Made by a program: the position numbers and the translations under genes | Source: Lama guanicoe | Lineage: Eukaryota | Reading direction: 5' to 3' | Assembly (NCBI GenBank): GCA_013239625.1 | Contig: MU054187.1 | Location: forward strand, 23,126,795-23,190,794 | DNA: 64,000 nucleotides | The notes under the pieces: model-generated | What the model was told of the DNA's origin: nothing | Seen by the model: only the letters and a program-made list of their open reading frames with translations | The model's database searches: none | Part shown: positions 55,158 to 64,000 of the stretch, in pieces | How positions within the stretch are numbered: position 1 is the stretch's first letter | How the letters are laid out: each line of letters starts with the position of its first letter

Positions 55158-56539
55158 CTCATGAAAGTTCCTGATTATGTTTTTCACTATCTCTCCTCAT
55201 TTAGCTCATAAATCTAGTTCTATGTGATGAAACAAATGAGAGAAGTAATTAGAATCAAAGCTTTTCTTAAGTGATGAAAAGCTTCCAAAGTCACAATTTT
55301 ACACGTAAAAGAATCATGTTGAACATATATGGAACTTCTGAAAAATAATTTTTAAAAGCAAGCATTTCAAAATATGTGCTGTTAACTGTCATCAGTAAAA
55401 AAACCCAGAAACCTTCAGTCAGGGCCTACTCGAGTCCTTGTGGAAAATCTATGAAATGTAGGGCAAAAAGTAACCTACTGCAACATGGCACCTTCTCTGT
55501 AACCCAAAGCCCTGAAAGAGCTAGATAGGTTAAGTGGATTATCACCTCGGCTGGAATCCCTGAGACAACTTGCTCCTCACTCCAGTCCACGTTCAGTGCT
55601 GGCTCTAGAACTGACTTTCTAAAGACAAGTGTAGTGTGCTGCCCCTTGCTTTACGACGTTAGTTTTCCCTCAGGCGTCTCCCTGAGGTAAGACAGAACTG
55701 CACGGAGAGTTCACGGTCTATCGAAGTTTCCTTTTGTGCCTCAGTTCCTGTCGCCAGATAGGCTTGAGGTCAGATACAACCTGTCACCAAATGAAAGAAG
55801 GCTCAATTCGTAATTCCACTGGGACAACAGGCAAATAGGAAATGTTTGTTGCTGAAAGTACACTGATCCATTACATCCAAAAATCTGGGGGAAAAAAGAG
55901 GCTTCTTATTACGCACTTAGTTTTCAGCTATTTGTATATGCATGTACTCATAGAATATTTAGGAATGTTTACTCTATTCCAGTCATTCCGCCAGGAGCTG
56001 TGATGACAAAGATGAGCAAGAATTCCAATCCCTGCCTTTGAGAGCTAAGGACAAGCTCTTGCAAAATTGCCACATTGATGACGAAGGCCCACCCGCTCAT
56101 TTTCATGACACAGCTCTCTCAGAAAGTCCCTTCCATGTCGTGTGGTTGCCGTCCCCCCTTGCTGGCCTTGTTATTAGCCTATGACTCAAATTTCCTTTAT
56201 GAATATAGTCATTGGGTATTAACTATCAAAATTTCATTTTAGTCACTGATTTAAATCAAGAAAACACATTTAATTATATTTTTCAGTGCTTTTGGTAAAA
56301 TGCAATGACCCACGAATGAATATTGTTTAAGGGACAGGATATTAGGGAACAGTGTAGTTTTTAATTTGATGCAACAAATGGGCATCTTATTAAAGCTCGT
56401 CCTTTGTGGAATATATTTGTAATTCATTTTCAACAAGTTTTTAAGGAATTTGCATAAAAATAATCCAATATTAAGGGAGTCATAACAAGAAAAAAATAAA
56501 TACGAGTTTCACAAATACTATTAGTTTTTTGCCTTACTT

Positions 56540-57140
56540 CCAATTTGTTTTAACATATTTATTTTACCTAATTATAAATATAATTCCTCAAAACTTTGTA
56601 TCTTGTAATTTTTGAAAATGTACTTACAATAAATATTTATGTTTCTACATAGTGCTTTATTATCATAGTACTTTCATTATATTCCAGAGAGTGGATATGC
56701 TACAGCTTATATTTTATGTAATTGTTTCTCCCTTTTAGCTCATCTAGATCATTTCTAGTTTGTTCTTTGATGTTATAATCATAAATGTGGTGAATTTCTC
56801 TGTTAATGCACTTTACTTACATTTTGGTTTAGTTCCTTAAGATAGACTAAATTATGAACATTTTGACTCATAAACTTTTTCCAAAATTATGGTGCCAAGT
56901 TACACAGCCACCAGCAATGCACAGATCACCAGTTTCAACAGACTCACATGGACATACTATGTTACCATTTTTCTAATATCAGAGGAAATGTGGTACCATA
57001 TTATTTCCATTTAGTTTCCCCCAATGTTTATTGTCATGGAATATTTCTCCATATTTTGCCCATTTTGTATTCCTGAATAAATGTTCATAAAAATTAGCCA
57101 ATATTATTTCCCTATTGTCTTTTTCTATTAATGTATACTG
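56540..57140 (-). mobile_element. Old L1ME-like fragment
   Basis: 'ttccaaaatt...ccaccagcaatg...tatttctccatattttg'. Confidence 0.5.
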
Positions 57141-60014
57141 AGATTAAGGTCATTAAGGTTGATCAGGGAGTATTGATCCCCTGAAAAAGAACCCTTTTCA
57201 AACTATCATTACTGCAGTGTAGAATTGGATGCACACACACCTCTAACATTGTGAAAGCACTCAGTGTTTACCCAAAGACTTTCTGTCTGTGTAAGAGCAA
57301 ATTGATTTTTAAATATTTAATTTTGAGGTTAACTTGTTCAGGCCTGTTAAAGGCTTTTGTTAGGAGAATTTTGTTTCATCTGCGTGTCTTGCTGGGAAGG
57401 TCAATGACCAAGAAATCTCTTCCAATAGAAAGCTTGGAAAAATGCTCCCTTGGTTAGCAACTGTACTCAAAGTTTATAGGACAGACTGTTCTATGGTAGG
57501 TAAATTGGTAACTTTAGTGGATTAAAAAAAGCCTAACTGATTTCTGTGTAACAGGCTGTGCTACAGTTGATTTCCACTATTACAAAAACATGACTTCTTT
57601 ATGTTATAAAGCCATCGTTTGCCATTCTGACTTATCTGCCTATTTTGTCTAAAATCGTCTAAATTCAGCTCACTGGCAGCCGCTATTAAGTAAAATGGTG
57701 CTATTTTATCTTCCATTAAATGAGTAATTTGGCACTGAACTTAACATTGCTTTCGTAATGATAAATGCCTTCATTAGGAACTATACTGATGCCGCTGGTG
57801 AATTTGCTCTGCTGTATGATGCTCAGTGAGACTGACAGCAAGTGACTTGATACAGCTCCAGTGGTGGATGGGAGAGCTTCCTTGTTATACAGTTTTTATC
57901 TCTGAGAAATATATTAGTTTTATTCATTTTTTAAAAAAAACTTTCAACACAAAGCATTTGATACAAGCAAAACTTCTTTATTTGTATGCATTCCATATAT
58001 ATAAATTATGAAGCACTGCAGCAAGAAAAAACCCCCAAATCCTGTAAACCTACTGTCTAATCCAAGACATAGAATACCCTCAAAACCTTTGCGTTTCTAC
58101 CCATGTGCTCTTTATTCCATACTATTTTTTAAATCAAAGTAACAACTAGCCTGGATTTTGCACTCATTCTTTAGATTTTTTTAATGAATTTTCAGGTTTA
58201 TATATGTATATTTGTATGTGTATAAATGTGTGTACAATATACTTTCTAGTTTTGCTTAGTATGAGTTTTATAAAATAATATTGTACTGTTTGTAATTTTA
58301 TGTAATTTGCTTTTTCCACTCTATGTTATAATTATAAAATCTATTCATATTGTTGGTAAAAGAAGTTAATTAATTTTTACTACTTTTTAACATTCTGTTG
58401 GGTGATTAATATATATACACTAATATACATAGACTATAATAATATACTGATATATGATAAAGCATATATGACATATGCAAGGTGTAATATTATATTACAT
58501 ATATATGTATTATACAATATGTATTACATTTATTGTATAAAATATGGCTACAGTTCCAAGAAAATGACAAAAAGAATGTTGCAAGTAACAGTTACACTTA
58601 ATTTCTGGTTAGAGTTACACTCTAGACCTAACTGAACACCTCCCCAGCTGAGAGAGACTGGGTAACATGGAAAACCATGTTCCATTGTTTTTAAACTAGC
58701 ATAGAATTAAACAGTATTTATAGGTTCACTCTCTGTGAACCCCACTAAATTCCTATTTAACATTCTTTTTAACCTCTTTTTTCCCCAAATGTATAAAAGT
58801 GTATACAATTTTAAAATTACTTATAATGAGTGAACATGTAATCATTACTCAGATCAATAAACAGAATATTGATAAATGATAAATATACAATATTTTGATT
58901 CAGTTGGCATCTTCTGGCTTGGCAAGGTGAGACTTGGAGAGCAGAAGCAGCCTCCAGCAAAGTCAGGATGCAAATTCTCAGTGGGCACACATTCTTAAAA
59001 CAATAACAGCACCACCAATAACCCCAACACCCAATAGTGTCATTTTGTAAAGCAAATAAACAAAAAAAAAAGATCAATACTACAAAATTTGCAGGGGGGT
59101 TTGTATTTTAAAAGAGCATAATTGAATGGTTAGATACAAATGTATGTAATTTTTATTGTTGAGGATTTGATTTGTGAGCTTCTCAGTGTAACCATTATGA
59201 AAATTATAAGACTGTAGTATTTGGCCTCAGACTTACTCTTCCTTTACTATACAAATTTTGCATTCAAAAGCAGTGAAAATGGTACTTTCCTACCTCTGAT
59301 GCAGAGAGAAAGAACATAAAGTGGGACAAAGAGATTCCACAATAAATTCTTATTGATTTCAAAAAATAATCTATGGAAGTTTTAAACTTATTAGCTAGAT
59401 CAAAAATCTAAAAAAAAAACAATATAAAAATGGAGTATTTTCATAATCCATGAATTTGATGGCCTGCTGGAGAGCACTCTGAGGGAAAATCCAGCAATAT
59501 ACCTATTTTGATGTTCCTTGTTTTAGCAGTTGCAACCTGCATGATTTCCACTGATATTTTGAAGCATTTCCAAAATATTTTCATCAGAAACATAGTTCCC
59601 TAGGATACTCATAAATGTTTGTTTACTATTGTTCTTGCTTTTCATTTCTGTGAGTAATAAATTTAGAAAATACTGGGATTAACAAAATAAGCATGCTTCT
59701 TCATTACAAGAGTTTTTAAGAGTATTTAAGTATTTTTCAACTCTTCAGGAGGATGATAGAGCATGAATTATTTCCCAAAATTAGATGACCAAGGAACCCA
59801 TTTTTCTTGGGATTGGGAGGTTAATGTCAGATGGGAGACAGTGTCTCATGGGATAATACTATTATAAAATTTAACTTTGAAGATACTTATCTGAGAACCA
59901 AAGAACATGCTAAGAAGACTTATTTAGTTATGTTTTACTTGGATACATCCAAAAACTATATTATAGTGTCTCATTTACAAAGAAATATATACATATAAAT
60001 AATAATATATAAAT

Positions 60015-60018
<4 letters not shown>

Positions 60019-60045
<27 letters not shown>
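60019..60045. repeat. (TA)n microsatellite
   Basis: Direct read. Confidence 0.9.
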
Positions 60046-60049
<4 letters not shown>

Positions 60050-60468
60050 GAGCATGATTGGTGGATGAGCCCTTAATTATTTTGCAATAATTTAGAAAAA
60101 CTTTTTTTTTTAATTGAAGGATAGTTGATTTATTATATTGATACTATATTGATGTTATTTTAGTTTTGCTGTATACCATAGCGATTCAGTATTTTTATAG
60201 ACTATCTTCATTTAAAATTGTTATAAAACAGTGCTATATTTCTCTGTGTTGTATAATACATCCCTATTTATTTCAGAATTTTTGTATTTTAATCTTTGCA
60301 CAAGTGGTTGAGTCCCCTCCCAGGTGGCACAGGTCCCAACCTGTTTATATTTTTTCCCCTCTTACCCTATTCCATGTAGATTTCTCTTATAGCCTTGATT
60401 ACACAGTAGTCTTTCTGCCAGTTTCCAGTTAGTTTTCAGTGAGAGTTGTTCCAAACATAGATGTATTT

Positions 60469-62150
60469 TTTATTGAAGTATACTCAGTTACAATGTTCCA
60501 TTTCTACTGTGCAGCACAATGTTCCAGTCATGCATATACATACATATATTCATTTTCTTATTTTTCATTAAAGGCTGCTATAAGATATTGAATATAATTC
60601 CCTGTGCTATACAGAAGAAAAATTTTAAACTATTTTTATATATAGTGGCTAACATTTGCAAATCTCAAATTCCCAACTTTATCCCTTCCTACCCTCTTTC
60701 CCCTGGTAACCATAAGACTGTTTACTATGGCTGTGAGTCTGTTTCTGTTTTGTAGATGAGTTCATTGGTGTCCTCTCTTTTTCTTTTTTTTAGACTCCAC
60801 ATATGAGTGATATACAGTATTTTTCTTTCTCTTTCTGGCTGACTTCACTTAGAATGATGATCTCTAGGTCCATCTTTGTTGCTACAAATGGCATTATTTT
60901 ATCCTTTTTATGGCTGAGTAGTATTCCATTGTATAAATATACCACAATTTCTTTATTTATTCAAACATCTATGGGCATTTAGGTTACTTCCATGTCTTGG
61001 CTATTGTATATAGTGCTGCTATGAACACTGAGGTGCGTGTATTTTTTTCAAATTAGAGTTCCCTCCAGATATATGCTCAGGAGTGGGAATCCTAGATGAT
61101 ATGGTAAGTCTAATTTTAGCTTTTTGAGGAATCTCCATACTGTTTTCCTTACTGGCTGCACCAAACTACAACCCACCAGCAACGTAGGAGGGTTCCCTTT
61201 TCTCAATACCCTTTCCAGCATTTATCAAAATGGAAAGATATTCCATGCCCTTGGATTGGAAGAATCAATATTGTTAAAATGTCCATCCTGCCTAAGGCAG
61301 TCTATGGATTTAATGTGACCCCTATAAAATTACCTTTTCACAGAACTAGAAAAAATATTCCTAAAATTTCTATGGAATCACAAAAGATTCCGAAGTGTGA
61401 AAGCAATACAGAAGAAAAAGAATAAAGCTGGAAGAATAACCCTTTCAGACTTCAGACAATACTACAGAGCTACAGTAATCAAAACAGCATGATATTGGCA
61501 TAAATACAGACACATGGATCAATGGAACAGAATAGAAAGCCAAGAAATAAACCCATAGACATACAGTCAATTAATCTTCAACAAAGGAGCAATAATATAC
61601 AATGGAGAAAAGGCAGTCTCTTCAGCAAGTGGTGCTGGAAAATTGGACAGCAGCATGTAAATTAATGAAGTTAGAACACTCCCTTACACTACACATAAAA
61701 ATAAACTCAAAATGGCTTAAAGACTTCAATATAAGATAAGACATGATAAACCTCCTAGAAGAAAACATAGGGAACACATTTTTCTGAATATGTCAGCAAT
61801 GTTCTCCTAGGGCAATCTACCGAGTCAATAGAAATAAAAGCAAAAATAAGCAAATAGGACCTAATTAAACTTACAAGTTTTTGCACAGCAAAGGAAGCCA
61901 TAAGCAAAACATAACAACAACCTACAGAATGGGGGAAAATATTTGCAAAAGATGTGACCGACAAAGTCTTCATTTCCAGAACACATCAGCAGCTTATACA
62001 GCTTAATAATAAAAAAAAACCCAATCCAAAAATGAGTAGAAGACCTAAACAAGCAATTTTCCAATGAAGACATACAGATGGCCAATGGGCACGTGAAAAA
62101 GTGCTCAATATTGCTATTTATCAGAGAAATGCAAATCAAAACTAATGAGG
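60469..62150 (-). mobile_element. 5'-inverted (twin-primed) truncated L1
   Basis: TSD catagatgtattt at 60456-60468 and 62151-62163. 3' part on the minus strand (60469-61225); inverted ORF2 part on the plus strand (61227-62150). Confidence 0.92.
61227..62150 (+). pseudogene. Degraded L1 ORF2 fragment (C-terminal to the RT core)
   Basis: Translates [36 protein letters not shown], a classic L1 ORF2p motif; stops and frameshifts downstream. Confidence 0.9.
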
Positions 62151-62599
62151 CATAGATGTATTTCTGATGTGTTCGTGGAGAAATGTGGGTTCTGTTTTCC
62201 CCTACTCCACCATCTTGATCTCTTTTCCAATAATTTAGAAACTTTTAAACAGTTCTCATGTTTCTTAATGTTAGAAATAGCTTACAGTATTTCTAACATT
62301 CAGCAAGTAAGATTTTTCTTTTTATTTGAAATTATGAAAATATTCATCTGCAAGTAAATTGAGTAACATTTATAATCAAGAGAGCAATTGATCTCTTCTG
62401 CTGATCAGGTCCCAAAGGCTTTTCTTCACAGGATTCCACTCCAAAGAATACAGCCTAAATTTTAAGCAAGGGAAATTTATACTTCTTTAGTTTACTGTAC
62501 AAGCTGGTTTTAAAATGCTATGACCTAGATTGAACTTTACTAAATTTTTACTCTGGTCACATCCAGCACTATAGTCAACACATTAAAATTCACAAAAGA

Positions 62600-62944
62600 T
62601 CTACTGACAGATGACTGCATAAAGAAGATGTGGTATATATACAATGGACTACTACTTAGCCATAAAGAAGAATGAAATAATACCCATTTGCAGCAACATG
62701 GGTGGACCTAGAGATGATCATATTAAGTGAAGTGAGAAAGACAAATATATGCTATCACTTACATGTGGAATCTAAAAATAAATGAATAAATGAACTTATT
62801 TACAAAACTTTAGAAATAGACTCACAGAAGTAGGAATCAAATTTATGGTTACCAAAGGGGAAAGTGGGGGAGGGGGATAAATTTGCTGTACACCTGAATC
62901 TAACATTATAAATCAACTATACTTCAACAAAAAATGGTTAAAGA
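62600..62944 (+). mobile_element. 5'-truncated L1 3' end with internal deletion
   Basis: 'aagaagatgtggtatatatac...catttgcagcaacatgggtggacctagag...'; degenerate TSD aa(a/g)attcac(a/g)aaaga at 62585-62599 and 62945-62959. Confidence 0.85.
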
Positions 62945-64000
62945 AAGATTCACGAAAGAAAATACCCCTTAAAAACTTAACAATATTGAAAACTTTGCAG
63001 GTAGTTCAAGTTGTACAGTATTAATTACACTTCCTGCCCATCAGATAGATTCATCGAAGTTTACATTGTTTGGCTACAGCTGAAATTTGGGTTGCATTGG
63101 GGAAACAACCTAGGTGTCTATTCACTGTCTCTTTTACACCTGTTCATGCAGTTTATAATAATTAAGTCTTTTTAACAGAGAAGGTGCTATTAGGGAAGAG
63201 AACCCAAAATCAAAGACTTGGTACACCTAGGTATGATATATTTAAGAGTTACCAAAATCCTTACCTAATCTAATCTTGAATGAGAATTCTTAATGTTTCA
63301 CAGCTCTTGATTTTTGTTGGATGATATTAATTGCTCTCAAAAATGCACCTAGGATGTTGTACTTTGGAGGAAGGAATTCTATCCTTCTCTTTGGAAGAGA
63401 GAAATAATTTTCTCTCTGAAAATATAAATCAAGATATAAATCTTCTTCATTTATCCTCAGAAACAATGGCATTTTGACTTCAAGATGTTCTGATTTCAAC
63501 TGCATTTTCCAACTCTAAAGTCAACTATGCTGTAACTGAAATCTCTTACAAATAATCAGAAGCAAGAGCACAGAATCGATTTGTTTTAGAAATAGATTAA
63601 GAATATAAAATAATTCCTTTTAAACGAGCCTGTTGAATTAACTAGCAGTTATCCTGAGACTAGCATAAAATGTATACATACTTAACTTAGGCAAATTGTA
63701 CATATATTCTTTAAAAGGTATCTGTATAATGTGTAAGATTTTGAGTTCATCTTAATGAGTTACTAAATTGATATATATTTCAGTAAAAGTCTTTTCTTTT
63801 TCCCAAGATGTTAGTCATGCTACTAGCTCCCAAAATTCTGAAAAGACATCAAAGCTATCATACGTACAAGTGTTAAGACATATTTTCAGTGTGTGAGCAA
63901 TAAAGTGACTATATAAACACCAGCTGGTACTGCATTCAGTGTCATTTCAATATATTACTTTACTCTTAATTTGATAGTTAATAAAAATGTAATTTTAAGG

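Larger units (their letters stand above)
60099..62227 (-). mobile_element. Short L1-derived element (5'UTR joined to 3'UTR), interrupted by a younger L1
   Basis: TSD caataatttagaaa at 60085-60098 and 62228-62241. 3'UTR + polyA at 60099-60270. 5'UTR-like 'gatcaagatggtggagtagg...ctgaaaactaactggaaactggcag...gggaggggactca' is split between 62227-62151 and 60455-60309. Confidence 0.8.

Noticed and set aside
1..64000. Inferring a host gene strand from repeat orientation bias
   Set aside because: L1s and LTRs occur in both orientations, too mixed to conclude that the window is intronic.

Overview
AT-rich, CpG-poor mammalian genomic DNA with one assembly gap (14740-15455). It is most likely camelid (alpaca/camel), judged from a tRNA-derived SINE and the L1 3' ends. 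I recognise no protein-coding exon or RNA gene, and the ORF track is essentially spurious. The window looks intergenic or deep-intronic and is dominated by interspersed repeats: L1 fragments, many solo LTRs (ERV1, ERVL, MaLR), L2/MIR and MER DNA transposons. Repeat family names are from memory of consensus sequences, not from a search. I found no evidence of a new multi-gene system. Four observations stand out. (1) At 60.1-62.2 kb, a short TSD-flanked element joining an L1 5'UTR to an L1 3' end is interrupted by a younger 5'-inverted (twin-primed) L1. (2) A ~0.4-0.5 kb duplication spans the gap, and one copy carries a 50-bp templated insertion copied from 1.1 kb downstream. (3) A consensus CTCF motif appears to have been created by deletion within an L2. 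(4) There is a perfect 64-bp tandem duplication at 33.1 kb.
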